This document shows positions 1-13,419 of a stretch of DNA of 64,000 nucleotides, one piece after another. Every line of letters starts with the position of its first letter. Within the stretch, counting starts at the first letter, position 1. Under the pieces are notes generated by a model that was given only the letters and a program-made list of their open reading frames with translations, ran no database searches and was not told the origin of the DNA. The DNA lies in assembly GCA_973895155.1 (NCBI GenBank), contig OZ316897.1, positions 8,455,832 to 8,519,831 on the forward strand, written 5' to 3'. The position numbers and the translations under genes are program-made. Source of the stretch: Marsupella aquatica. Lineage: Eukaryota; Plantae; Marchantiophyta.

Positions 1-1084
1 TATCAAAAATTTGGAATCCTCAATTTCTTCATAAATTTCAATATTGTACTGTTTTATTCAAAATGAATATCGTTCTATTATAGGGACAATGTAAGAGAAG
101 CCCCATGAGACACAAAGCCTCTTGTAGAGACTCAAATGGACACCCTATACCGGGCCCTATACCCATGATGTAACAAAACAAGAGCAAAGTATTATGAAAA
201 AAGTGTAAAGAATGTTATTGGAGCCTAACTTAATGTTTGGCTCGTCCCTATCAGGTCCATCCAATCACCTTGTCACACCTGTATGCATATTTGGGCTTTT
301 TTTTCTTCCAAAGTGGGAGGAGGGCGACATTGAGAAATGGGGAGAAATGTCGCCCCCCCCCCCCCCCCCCCCCCCTTGTTAACTTTCATTTTCTATAAAT
401 CCCTGTACTAAGGAAAATTAGTTCGAGTACCCAAGGGCAGTTGTAGTGATTATGAGGGCATCTCTGACCGTTCGATCTGGCCATTGGGTGCAGCTACAAT
501 AGTCATATCATCAAGATCGAACCTGAGTTACTTTTGTTAAGCCAGAAACAAAATCCATGGCATTCTACTGAATAGAAAAAAAACAATGGCAAGGTACGTA
601 TTATGCCACAAAAGAGTGGCAATACAGTAAATCCCCAGAAATTAAAATAGTTCTAAGTCAAGTCATTGCACTTACCCGCTCAAATAGTAGGGAAAGGTGG
701 TGTTCAATGATTATGTTGGTGGTGGAACTTGAGGAAATAGGAACACTAAAACATCCATAGGGACAAACACCCATGGAACCCTGAAGCTTAGCCAAAAGTG
801 GTGAATGATTCTGCCCGAGGTGCAATTTGTTGAATTTGAAAGACTAAAAAAAAACCTGAAAGGCATAGCCCCAAGGCACAAACATCCCATGGAACCCAGA
901 CCTGCCCATACACCCTCTTCCCCTCCCTCCAGATGTAAGAGTATGCCACCAAGAAGGTTTTGACTCTTAATTATGGACCCCCATGGTAAGCTTCTTCCAA
1001 ATCCTCGGAAGCACATGCAGTCACATGAGCACTACTAGCCACAAACGAGAAGGATTAGTTAATGAAGAAGAACCAAATGAGATT

Positions 1085-4000
1085 ATTTGTGTTTGAGGCA
1101 AGGCAAAGAAAACAGTTGAACCTATAACTTACAAAATAATGGAAAACAGAAAAGTTACATTCCTAAAGAAGAATGAAGGTGTAAAAAGGGGAGAAGAAAA
1201 TAACCTTTAGATGGGTTGTGATTGAGATATCAATGTTTTCCGGGTAATTGTTTGAAGTTTGACTTTCTATATAATGGACAATTTTCTTTAGAATGAAACT
1301 CTTAAGCTACTCTAACTTTTAGCAAGGTAAGGTAAGAAAGTTTTTTGGCCACCGTGGATAAGGATCAACAAGAGAACATAAGGAACGCTTCAACTACTAT
1401 GGACAAAGGAGTAACAAGGAATGTAAAAAATCCTTTGACTACTATGGACAAAAGGATACCATCCACAATCATAATAAGGGATCCCGCCTTTTTTCATCCT
1501 TCGTCCCAATACAAAAAAAACTCCTGGGCGGGAATGATCCATAGCCATTGGATTCTATTAGCTATTTTCACTGACCACTGATGGAAAAAATGTGCACCCC
1601 TGGCGCATATGTGCTTCCCGCTGCACCACAAATGCCCCAGACCGACTCTCTATGGGCGGGCCCTCGCACCCTTGCACAGTGCTAGGCACTGGCATAGGGC
1701 TTGTGGTGATATAAAAAACCCTTCGGCTACTATGGGCAGAAGAACATTTTGGAAGGACTATATGGAATGTTACATGGACTGTATGGAATAGAGGTACCAG
1801 GGTACGCTTTGCATGGACTCTTACCATGAAAAATCTCCGCTTTGTCTTCAACTAAATTAAACATATCCAAACTCTTTAAAATGCACTTCATTCAAAATCC
1901 TCTATTGAATCTTTGTTATCTCATCTCTATATTCAAGCCTATGCCAATTTGTTATTTTTCATCGCTCCACCTGGTTGGATAATATCAAGCTTACATAACC
2001 AAGGGGTCCAAATTAATTGTCTTCATTGCATGAATGGGGGCCAGCTCCCAAAACAGCTGAGTTTACACTATGAATGTAAATTTATAGAAATATATGTGAC
2101 TGTTACTTAGATATTCTGAATGCCTTTAGTAATTTTTCTCTTTGCTATTTTCAGGGTATTCTTGGAGAGGGTATTCTTGGAGAGGAATGCACACCGGGAT
2201 GCACAACTCAAGATTTGGATCTGCTCATTATTAAACTCATCCTCTCTTTTTAGAAAATATTTTAGAATTAATTATTCTGTTTTGAGATCCTGTTACCAGA
2301 GCAATATGAGCAATTATAGTCAGTAGAACTCAAGCTGAATCTTGCATTTTTTGGAGCATTATGGCACATAGTGTTGTAAACAGGACTTTACTATAATTAT
2401 AACAGCTAATCCAAATCTTAAGTGTGCATTCTTTTCCAATAGTGGAATTAGTTTGAAAACCCCTTGATTATTTAAGGTTGATGTTATTCAACAACTAAGT
2501 TAGAGCACATGAAGCGTTGCATACTGGAATAGCTTTGAATATGGAGATGAGGGGAAGAAAATGGTAGATTTTTCATCATTGTAGTCCATGCACAACCTTC
2601 TCTTCGTACTTCTATGTTCATAGAGGCCATGCAAATGTGAAGGGTTTCTTACATTCCTTTGGTATTCTTTTATCCATAGTAGTCGAAGGGTTTCTTATGT
2701 TCCCTTCATTTTCGTTTGTCCATAGTAGCTGAAGGGTTTATGACGTTACCTTGGTAAATGTTACAGTAGTTGAATAGTTTCTTTCTACCCATGGTTATTC
2801 CAAAAATTGCTAATTAAATAGAAAACTTATGAATTTATTGGAAAACACTGATATATCAATCAGAATCCATCCAAAGGTTCTTTTCATTTCACCCCTAGCT
2901 TTCTTTGTTTATTTGAAAGGTTATTTTTCAGTTTTCCATTATTTGTATAGTTACAAGTCTTAACTGTCTTTTTTACTTGTCTCAAACACACATAGTCTTG
3001 TTGTACAACGAACCCTTCTTGTTTGTGACCAATATGCTGATGTGGCAGCACATGCTTCCAGGGATTTTGGAAGGAGCTTCCCATGGGGATCCATAATAAA
3101 ACATGAATATTTGTGTTTAAGGCAAGGCAAAGAAAAACAATTAAACCTATAACTTCAAAAATAATGGAAAACTGAAAAGTTATATTCCTAAAGAAGAAAG
3201 AAAGGTGTGAAGGGAGAAGAAAATAACCTTTGGATGGGTTGTGATGAGATATCAATGTTTTCCAGTAATTGTTTGAAGTTTGACTTTTCTATATAATGTA
3301 CAATTTTCTATAGGGAGAAACTCTTAAGCTACTCTAGTAACTTTTATCAAGGTAAGGTAAGAAATAGTTTTTGGCCACTATGGATAAGGATAAACAGGAG
3401 AGCATATAAGGAACCCTTCAACTACTATGGACAAAGGAGTAACAAAAAATGTAAGAAATCCTTCGACTACTATGGACAAAAGGATACCATGGTGATATAA
3501 AAAAACACTTGGCTACTATGAACAGATAAACATTTTGGAAATACTATATGGAATGTTAGATAAACATTTTGGAAGTACTATAAGGAATGTCACATGGACT
3601 GTATGGAATAGAGGTACCAGGGTATGGTTTGCATGGACTCTTACCTTGAATAAATCAACTAAATTAAATATATCCAAACCCTTTCAAATCCATTTAGTTC
3701 AACATCCTCCATTTAATCTTTGTCCTCTCATCTCTATATTCAAGCCTATTCCAATTTGTTACTTTTCATCGCTCCACCTAGTTGAATAATATCAAGCTTA
3801 CATAACCAAGGGGTCCAAATTAATTGTCTTCAATTGCATGAACGGGGGCCAGCTCCCAGACCTGGCCTAAAACATCTGAACTACACTATAGATGTAAGTT
3901 TACTAGATTCATTTGTGACTGTTACTTAGATCTTTTGAATGCCCTTTGTAATTTTCTCTTTGCTATTTTCAGGGTATTCTTGGAAAGGAATGCACACTCA

Positions 4001-5860
4001 AGATTTGCATCTGCTCATTATTAAACTTGTCCTCTATTTTTAGAAAACATTTCAAAATGAATTATTCTGTTTTGAGGTCCTGTTACCAGAGCAACATGAG
4101 CTGGTGGTGAGGCATGTTATGTGTGATTTTGAACGATTATATAATTGTTGTGGTCGTGTTCAATAACCCGTGTGTTGCATATAAAAATTAGAGACCTAAG
4201 ATAGTAGCCACCACATCATAGAGTTTAATTATGCTTTTATGGGCAAGCTAAAGGGCAAGCATTTTATTCTAAATGAGGTTCATGGATAAATTTGACAAAA
4301 TCCAAAAATAATAGTTTAGACAAAGGATCAAGATTGGTTTCCACTTTTTCATGACTTTGTTTTAATTGGCCTCAAATAATTAGTTTTTAGCTTTTTGAAA
4401 AAAAACTACTTAAGTTCACTCCCATTAAAAAATATAATTTTCATAATCACATACACCCATTTTAGTTTATTTCATATTCCTCATTCTACATGTATTTCCT
4501 TTTAGATACATAGGCTTTTAACATGTAGTGATTGAGTACCTCTATTAAATATATTTATGTGTACCAAAATGTCTTGGTGTCCTTAACTTGTACCCCTTGG
4601 GTCTCCCCTTATAATTATTACTGCCCCTCATAATTATTATCACCTATGTGCCCTAAGGTCCTATTTGTTTTTGTGGACACTTAGTTCTAGCTGATCAAAA
4701 GCTAGAATTAAACCTAACAAAAATCCAATGGTCAGGCTTTGTTCCCACCAAGACAATTGACTACTTTTGGCGGGCTTCTTTATTATAGTTGTAGATAAAC
4801 ATTTTGGAAATACTATATGCTATTTTTTTATGCTGCTATACGGCAGGACACACTTTGGTTACCTTGTCTTATTAGAATTGCTTGCTATATATTTTTATGT
4901 CAATTTGGTCTATTCTATGCTTTTAGTTTGTATTTTTTCTGATTTTAATAATTTCTTCCAACCCCTGTAGTTTTTTCAAGTACTTTGTTTTAAGTAGACG
5001 TGCTTAAACTTCTTTTAATCTTTTTAGTATAATAATTTATGTTATCCCTCTAGTTTTATTGTGTATTTATGCTCTAAGCACTCCCCATTTTCATTAGAAT
5101 TTCTTGATACTACATAATTCTTCAAACATTCTCCAAACTCAACCAGGCAACTAGGACACAATACAACGATGCCTGCTAGCTTAGAACGGTGTGTCTTAGA
5201 ATGGGCCAGCTATATATGGAATGTTAGATTAACAGTTTGGAAGTACTATATGGAATGTCATGTCACATGGTATGGAATAGAGGTACCAGGGTATGGTTTG
5301 CATGGACTCTTACCTTGAATAATTCAACTAAATTAAATATATCCAAACTCTTTAAAATTCATTTAGTGCAAAATACTCCATTTAATCTTTGTCATCTCAT
5401 CTCTATATTCAAGCCTATTCCAATTTGTTACTTTTCATCGCTCCACCTAGTTGAATAATATCAAGCTTACATAACCAAGGGGTCCAAATTAATTGTCTTC
5501 ATTGCATGAACGGGGGCCAGCTCCCAGACCTGGCCCAAAACATCTGAACTACACTATAGATGTAAATTTACTAGATTCATTTGTGACTGTTACTTAGATC
5601 TTTTGAATGCCCTTTGTAATTTTCTCTTTGCTATTTTAAGGGTATTCTTGGAAAGGAATGCACACTCAAGATTTGCATCTGCTCATTATTAAACTTGTCC
5701 TCTATTTTTAGAAAACATTTCAAAATGAATTATTCTGTTTTGAGGTCCTGTCACCAGAGCAACATGAGCAATTACACTCAATAGAACTCAAGCTGAATTT
5801 CTCATTTTTTGGCACATAGTGTTGTAAACAGGACTTTACTATAATTATAACAGCTAATCC
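1085..5860. repeat. Local segmental repeat: three direct copies (~1085-2410, ~3108-4100, ~5215-5860) plus an inverted copy (~2630-3100)
   Basis: Long near-identical blocks recur, e.g. 'gtatggaatagaggtaccagggt...catggactcttacc' and 'aatatcaagcttacataaccaaggggtccaaattaattgtctt' three times each. 2630-3100 is the reverse complement of ~965-1460 (e.g. 'ggaaaacactgatatatcaatcagaatccatccaaaggtt'). AT-rich, no credible ORF. Confidence 0.85.
1462..1703 (+). mobile_element. Non-autonomous Helitron-like element (242 bp)
   Basis: Starts TC and sits between A and T with no TSD. The paralogous empty site 'ggatacca|tggtgatata' is at 3489/3490. Subterminal hairpin CAGTGC-TAG-GCACTG, end CTTG. Confidence 0.85.
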
Positions 5861-6795
5861 CATTTTAGTAAGATCTGAATATTTTATGATCTGGCTCTTG
5901 GGTTTGTGGTCACGTATGAAATTGGCTAATGGGAAACAGAATTTGTGCCAAAAGTGAAGAGGTGCATTCTAGTAAGATTTTGCCACTAAAAAACGCGCGA
6001 ACAAGCATCCCATGGAACCCGGACCCTCTCCCTCGCCCCCCTCCCTCCCTCCCTCCAGATGCAAGAGGTTGCCACGAAGAAGCTTCCGACGCTTGATTTT
6101 TCATTCCGTGAAACGTGGCTCGCCGCCTGGCCTTGCCTGGCCCCCTCCCCTTCCGGCCGCACCTGGCCGGGCCCCTCCCCTCCCCTCCCGGCCCGGCCCG
6201 GCCCGGCCCGGGGAGTGGCTCCGTGGCTCTGTGGCCCCGTTGCCGGTCCCATCGAAGGACCACAGGAAGAAAGAAAGCGATGAGACATTTTCGACGAGAA
6301 GAGACGAATTTCTTCACGAGGAATCGCCGGTGAAGAATGCAGAAGGACAAGAAGGAAAAAAGGGCGAGTGTGGCGAATGATGATGCTTGGATGACGACGA
6401 TGAAAAGATCCCGATTCTCCTGAACTTGATGTCGCCGTTTCTCGTTGTGGCGACTACGAGTGAGAGATGGGGATTTTTGCGAAGCAGGAAAGGAGGCGAG
6501 GCGCTGAGAATTGTCGGCGATGACGAGAAATTTCAATAAAGAAAGCGCATGACCGGTTTGCTATGGTCGGATCCTCTGCTCTGGTCTGGTCCGGGCGGGT
6601 TTCCTCGATCGCTCGTCTTCTCTCTTCATCAGGGCGCTGGTCTGCTCTCCCCCTCCCACGCGTTCTCTTGTCGACGATAGATGATGACGTCTTGTAACGA
6701 CGTTTTTGCCCTTTTCGTTGGTTCTGTGGTTCTGTGGTGGTGGTAGTGGTGATTGAGATGATCCTGGAATTGTTACGAGCAAGCAAAGCAGCAGG

Positions 6796-6835
6796 GAAGG
6801 AAGGAAGGAAGGAAGGAAGGAAGGACGGAAGGGAG
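6796..6835. repeat. (GGAA)n microsatellite in the OTU gene leader region
   Basis: ggaaggaaggaaggaaggaaggaaggaagg seen directly. Confidence 0.8.
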
Positions 6836-7181
6836 GGAGAAGCATACGGCCTGCCGTGGGGGAGAGAATCAGCTGATTGGGGTGTAAGCTTTCCTGTCAG
6901 TGCAATAATTTGTGCCCATGGCTTCCAAAAAGCGGCGGAAGTCTGCCTCTAGGTGAAGGAGGCAGGGGGTGCAGGTGGAGGTGGATGAGTAGAGGAGACT
7001 GGATATGGAGGAATAATTAATGATTTGTTCTGTAAAGGATTTTGGTGATATCTCTGAGTATCAGGACGACTACCGAGCGGGTTGTGACCGCTGGTGATTG
7101 TTGCTACTGGTTGATTGATTAAGTGGTATCATTACGTCAGCGTTTTTGAGAGTTCATTAGCCTTCCTACCAGAGAGGGAGA

Positions 7182-10100
7182 ATGACGCGGGTGGTGGTGC
7201 AGCGGAGCCTGAACAATGCCGGAAATGCGTTGCAGGGCCGCCAATCCTCTTCTGCGCCCCAATCCACCACCACTTCGATTCCGTCTTCGGCAAATTCGTC
7301 CACTTCCTCCCTTCATCCGCCAACTCATTCGTCGAGCCTCTCTCTCTCGTCCACCGCTCCCTATCCGGATGATGTTGTAGTGCTAATCGCGAGGGAGGGG
7401 TCTGAATTGTTGGCCACCATCCATGGCGAGGAGAACGTAGCCTTTGACATCAGCGAACTGGGCAGCCGATTGTCGGCGTCTGTGACTTTCGAGGGAAACC
7501 TAGGAGGTGAAAGACAGGATCTTCAGGATGGTGGAGAGCTTTTGGAGGACGTTGCCCTACCGTCCTGCGCGGAGGAGGAATTGGATGAAAGGGGAGAGCT
7601 CGCTCATCTCAGTCTCTCGCAAGACGCGTCAGGAGATCGTGATCGTGACAGTGGAGAAGCTGCCGTGGTATTTGGAGGATCAGGGCAGGAATTATTAGGG
7701 AAGGGCAAGGAGCTTGCGGATGACGGCCGTTTTCTGAATTTTGACCTGGAGGATGACCAACGGGGATGTCCATCGTCTGACGTCTCTGCAAGTTTCGAGT
7801 CCAGAGCTGGAGATGACAAGGAACGGAGTTATGCAGATGAAACAAATGATGGTGATCAGATTAGGGCTCCGGGACCGCAGTCTCTACCTTCATCCTCTTT
7901 GCAAGGAGGAGCTCCCAACTCGCCTCCCTCCTTGGATGTGGCACATGGGCAGGATTTGAATCAGGCTAGACCTAATTCCTCTCTGGCTGTTCCCGAGGCG
8001 GTAGGGTGCTCATATCTCACGAGCTCATTTCCTTCTATTCCATTGTCGAGTGGTCCGTCAAGGAGAGGGAGCTGGTTGGGGTCGTCGGGCTCAGGAGGAC
8101 CACCACATCCCCGAGGAGGACTATCTAGACGGGGCTCAAGAGTCAGTAAGCCTTCGCGAAATTCGCCAAACAACTCGCTCCCATCTTCGCCTAGGGGATA
8201 CGGGGAAGGTGATGGCTACAACAGTGAAGACGAGCAAAATTCTAGGTCTTCTAAATCGACGGCTTATGAAAATACTGTACGATCTCTTACCTTCTCTACA
8301 TCACTTCAGAGATTGCGTTCATAGATTATCGGAGAGTCACTCTGTCTAGGGAGTCAATGCGCACAAAAAATTAGGTCTGAGTCAGGAGCAAATGCTGAGC
8401 TTACACTGTATCCTGAAATATGATGTTAGAATCCTGGTAGCATGGCTGGCAAGTTTTGCTATTTATGTTGAAAAATTGTCTGGGTGAAACAGCAGGTTGA
8501 TATCAACGATAGCGCTCGTCCTTGCGATAGGAATCTGAAGTTTACTTTGCACCTAGAGAAACTTAGGTGCTTATATGTGTTTAATGTTAGAATAGTTCTG
8601 TTTAATGCTCCGATCTTTGTGTCACTGGATTTATTGAAACGCAAAATATGGATAATTGCTTCTGTCATATATGCAGGAAGAAAGGGAGCACCAGTTTGAG
8701 GTTGAGATCAGGTTTAGGAAACAATTGGAGGTGAGGCGGATGGCTGAAGATGGGAACTGTCTGTTCAGAGCTGTTGCTGATCAAGTATATGGAGACGCAG
8801 AGATGTATGATGAAACTCGGCAAATGTGTATAGACTATATGGTTTGTATGCGTTCTAAGCAAACATATGCCCTCCTGAGTCTTCGTAAATCAGTGTGTCG
8901 ATGAATGACGGTCTGGGCAGCACCTGAGAGCGTATTTCAGCAGATTGTCTTCTTTGTCCTCGCCCCCCCCCACCACCTTGTTTCTTGAGGGAGGCGGTGG
9001 GTTGGGATAAATCGCAATGAAGATAATTTATGCAAAACCTAAAGTCGCGGCTGTTATTTGTTTCAAGGGAAGTTAGTTTCAGTTTCTTCTGTTCGTGGAG
9101 CTGATTTTATTGCTGAGCATATCAGGCTCAATGTAGGATCAGTTGACTTCATTGTAAAATTTTGGAACTGTTTTGACTGGCTATGTACTCGGGTAGAAAA
9201 TTTCTAGTTAGATTAGGTCATATCAGTGATGAAGGCACAAATATATGTCTAGACTAGGTGATCGTCCGATCCTTGACCAGTCCTTAGCTACTTGGAACGA
9301 ATTTTTCAGTAGTAATTCTCATACCGCTCTTGGACCAGATCCACCCCCAGTGTGTGCAGGAATGTGTGGGTTCTTTGTGTTCCCTAAGGCTTTTGGTCTG
9401 CGTCGTGTGATTGAATTGCTCTCTAGTGCCCACAAGGTGGAGTACGCGCCAAAAGTTTTGGGGGATTTGATTTTCCTGCACAGTCACCTAACAGTGAAAC
9501 AATTCGCGTGATCATTGACTCGTCACTGGCCCTTCCTTCCAATTGTGTCCCAAGGATTTCTTACATTCAATTCATGACATCCATTGTCTTCAGGGTTACG
9601 AGTGGAATAGTTCAGTAAAAGCTAAATGCGACGGCTGCCTTAGTTAGGAGAAAGGGATACGCTAGTTACCTTCTCAATGAAGCTAACGAGTGTACCTGTA
9701 TTGTGGATATGAGTAGTGGTGGTTAGTTCTTCATATCAGCCTGTTGTAGAGGGAGAAGCGTCTGAATCAGGGAACTCGAATCTCAATGTCTTCCGCATGT
9801 ATTGGAAATCTATTTTTTAACAATCGATGATTTTTGGGCAGGAAAAGGAGAGGGATCATTTTTCCCAATTTGTCACGGAGAGTTTCACAGCGTACTGCAA
9901 GAGGAAACGCAGAGACAAGGTTAAGGCCCTTTTCAATTTTGGCACAAATGCAGCATGAATTTAGCTTTCAGAGTCTGGTAGTCAACTCTGAATTTGGAAT
10001 CTGTCTATGGTATGGCCACTTTTGAATTTTCCTGGTAGTGATTGCTTTGAACGGTCGGGTGTATAAGAATGAACTTGAGATCTAAGTTGGACTCCTCAGC

Positions 10101-12258
10101 TAAACTATTGATATTTCTCTTCTGAGGTTCGCATGGTTTGAATTGTCAGGTGTATGGAAACAACCTTGAAATTCAAGCTATGGCTGAGATGTACAACCGC
10201 CCAATTCATATATATTCCTATAGTCCAGGTATCAAACTAAATGAGATACATCAATATATTGAAGGATGCGTTTCTTCCAGAAGGCAGTGCTGCACCAGTT
10301 TCCAACATGGATGGGCAACTGATTGCTTGTCATGTACATGTCAGTCTAGATTCATGTATACAAATACATTCCTGAGTTATAATTGCTGAAGGAGTTCCCT
10401 AATTTTGGAATCTGGCTGTTCTTAATGTTTGGCGTGTAAGTGTCCATCATGAACAAACTTTGTATGGACCTGAGGTTGTAATTACGTGATCCAGCTTTGG
10501 TATCTAATGTAAAAGGCAGCAACAATGCTTGGAAAAAGAAATGTTGATTGAGCCCAGCGTAGGTGGGATGAGAATATTTGCACTTGCTTGTAAGGAGGAT
10601 TTTTTTTTTTTCTGTTTTCTCATTGCAAACCAATGACGTCACAAACGTTTTTGTTCTGGTTTCAGAGCCCATTAATATCTTCCATGGGAGTTATGAAACT
10701 GATTTGCCACCCATTCGTCTCAGCTACCATCGAGGAAATCATTACAACTCTCTGATAGATCCAAGAAGACCAGCCGTGGGTGCTGGCCTCGGCTTTGGCA
10801 GTCTCAGGGGGGTGAGGACAGCTCTCCTTGTAGCCTTTGTTTGTGCTGGTAAGGGCCGCTTTCGATGAGCATTTGTGCTGGACCTTGGGGTGGCCTGGAA
10901 GAAACACTGTAAATGGTATGCAAGGATATAAAGCCCTGTACCATAATTAGGTAAGGGTTATCTTGCGGGGACAGTACAAGTCGTAGAACCTGTACCTGCG
11001 TGCACCCTGTATGCAATATTTTAGACCATCGAGGGCGTCCATATGCCTGTCTGAAAAGGACTTATTGGCATGGTACAATCCTGGTGGAGTTTGTTCTACC
11101 CACAACGTTAGTAGATTGTTATTTAAAACCAGACCAGTATTCAAGACCCAAAGTTTTGTCCTGTCTACGTGAGTGCAGACAAATGTGGACAGAGAGCAAG
11201 TGAAGGCTGCTTTGAAAGCTCAGCAAGATCAGCAAATAGACAAGGTACTCATTGCCGAAACTTTGCTGTACTGCAATGACTTTTCTGTCGTTGTACTGAG
11301 AAATTTTGACTTTTTTTCGTCTCGTTTGCAAGCAGTTCAAAATCTTCAAAACGGGTGCACACTGCCTTGCTTTGTTGCAAGGAGGAAAAACATTTCCCTG
11401 AAGTCCCCTACATCTTGAACATATTATTTTTAACATGTTGAATGTAAATGAGATCGGAAATCCGGTTCTCCGTCTGGATATGAAAAGTGGTTTAGAGAGG
11501 AAGTAGGTTTCTAACCGAGATAACTTCGTTTGCAGGCCCTCTTAGCTGAAGGAACGTTCTATTCAGATATAGAGTTAACTGAGCAAGAGATGCAGCGTAT
11601 GGTGATGGAGGCCTCGCGGGCTGAGTTTTTTGAGGAGGAAAAGCACCGTCAATATTCTTCTTGGAATGAAGAGACGTCTACTTCAGCCGCCGCGGAATCA
11701 TCTGGGACAGGTTAGCTTCACTCTGAACTACTTTGCTTGCTCTCTGTCATCTTGCACTTTGAGATGAAAATGGGGTTCACGCATCTATGCCAACGGTTCC
11801 AAGTCTCGTCATTGTTGTTCTGGGCTGAAGCCTGTACACAGACCCTAGTTCAGAAACTTCCCAAGGCTGTGTAGAGTTACACAGCACAAGATTTAAACAA
11901 ATTCCAGGTCAATGGGAATTATTCCGGTTCGTCTAATCTGCTAGCACGATTTCCCATAACCCTAAGTTCTTGTTTCACTGTGGTGTTGGGGATATCAGCT
12001 GGAAGCCCTAAGAGTGCAACGCAAGCTATTAGTGTGGCAGCTACGTCAACAGCTGCTTCAGACTCTGGGGCCCTCACGCCAAATGTACGAATGCTCATGT
12101 CCATGGGATTCAGTTATTTACAAGTCATGGAGGCTTCCAGCATCTTTGGTGATGATGTCAACAATATGTTGTGCTACTTGCTTGAGACAGAGGGCAGTAC
12201 CTCTGGTGATGGGGAGAGCATGTACAGGAAGAAGGGCAAAGCTGCAGAGAGGCAGTAG
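7182..12258 (+). CDS. OTU6: OTU-domain deubiquitinase, OTU6/OTLD1-like, ~687 aa, with C-terminal UBA-like domain
   Basis: Exons 7182-8276, 8677-8841, 9842-9919, 10150-10228, 10666-10811, 11179-11244, 11536-11710, 11999-12258, all GT-AG and in frame. OTU Cys box 'EDGNCLFRAVADQVYGD', 'YGNNLEIQAMAEMYNRPI' and His box 'IRLSYHRGNHYNSL'. UBA-like tail 'MLMSMGFSYLQVMEASSIFGDD'. Long Ser-rich N-terminus. Confidence 0.93.
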
Positions 12259-13419
12259 TTTTCTCTAGCTGGCCATGACATTTTCTCTGTTGAACGCAAC
12301 ACAGAAGTACCTTAGAGGCATCGAAAGGATTGAAATATTGCACAAAGGGTACTACGGAGACCCTATTATTGTAGTTCTTCAGGAGAATTGAATGCGATGG
12401 TCTGTTGTTTTGCAAGATCAATGGAAGTTCAACATTGGTTGTTTCGGTTTTTTAAGGATGTCGGATAATTTAAGTGGCATATTGTGATGAACCAAATGAA
12501 AGTCTCTCCATGTTGTAGGTTCTTAGTGCGACTTGAACCCAACTCATATCTACTGAGAATGCTGCCAAACAGAAGCCAGCTATTGGAAAGTAGAGTTCGT
12601 GTTTAGGATCTGTTAGAGACGACGTAGTAAACGGATTTTGCGCACTGCTGAAATTATCCCACTGGAGAGTTTGGCGATACTGGGCAATGCAATAGGTTCA
12701 TATGCGTGAGGATGATCCTCCCCTGTTGTACTACACTTTGGAGATCACATACATGAACGTACGCCTTTAACGGCACCCATTCCTGTCAATCCTAGGTAGA
12801 ACTTTTGTAGCCAGGGGTCCCATAGTGGCCAATGCAACTGATCGATGCGGGGTGGAGGGAGCAGACACCTCTACCTTGATATGTGGTATACATTTCTAAA
12901 ATCCAGAAAGTGGGAATGACCCTATTAGTTCGTTCTCGTGTGAATCTAACCTGATGTCATTCACAATGAAGTTTGAGACTAATCTATTAATGACGAGTGT
13001 AAAAAGTTTTCCAACTACCGCTCATCTGCAAGTAGTCCGCTAATCAATTGCCTCTCATCTGCATGTTTTGGGTGTATTTTAGCCCTTGTACTCACCCTAT
13101 GATGTGTGAACTTCTACCATCCCATTTATTATGTCATTTTCTTTGTGATCATTTCATTGTTCAAAAGGGGCAAATCTGCATGCGTGGCAGATAACTTGGG
13201 TGGACAGGACCGTGGGACATACGCATGGGAGGTGGACCAAATCGCAAGGACAGTGAAGGGCCACGGGGGTGGGAGGGGAAACACACGCATGGTGGGCAAC
13301 TGGGGACATGGAAATGTTGATTTAGCAAAATGCACACATTTTATACAATGATCACCATCTGAGTTGGTTGCAAGTTGAAAAGCAGCACAAGATTGGACCC
13401 TGGATTTGGCTGGACCACT

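Noticed and set aside
352-375. Long poly-C run
   Set aside because: Simple homopolymer; its length is unreliable and there is no functional evidence.
5910-6952. Many overlapping ORFs (up to 208 aa) on both strands
   Set aside because: GC-rich, low-complexity promoter/leader of the OTU gene; the translations are repeat-derived with no domain signal.
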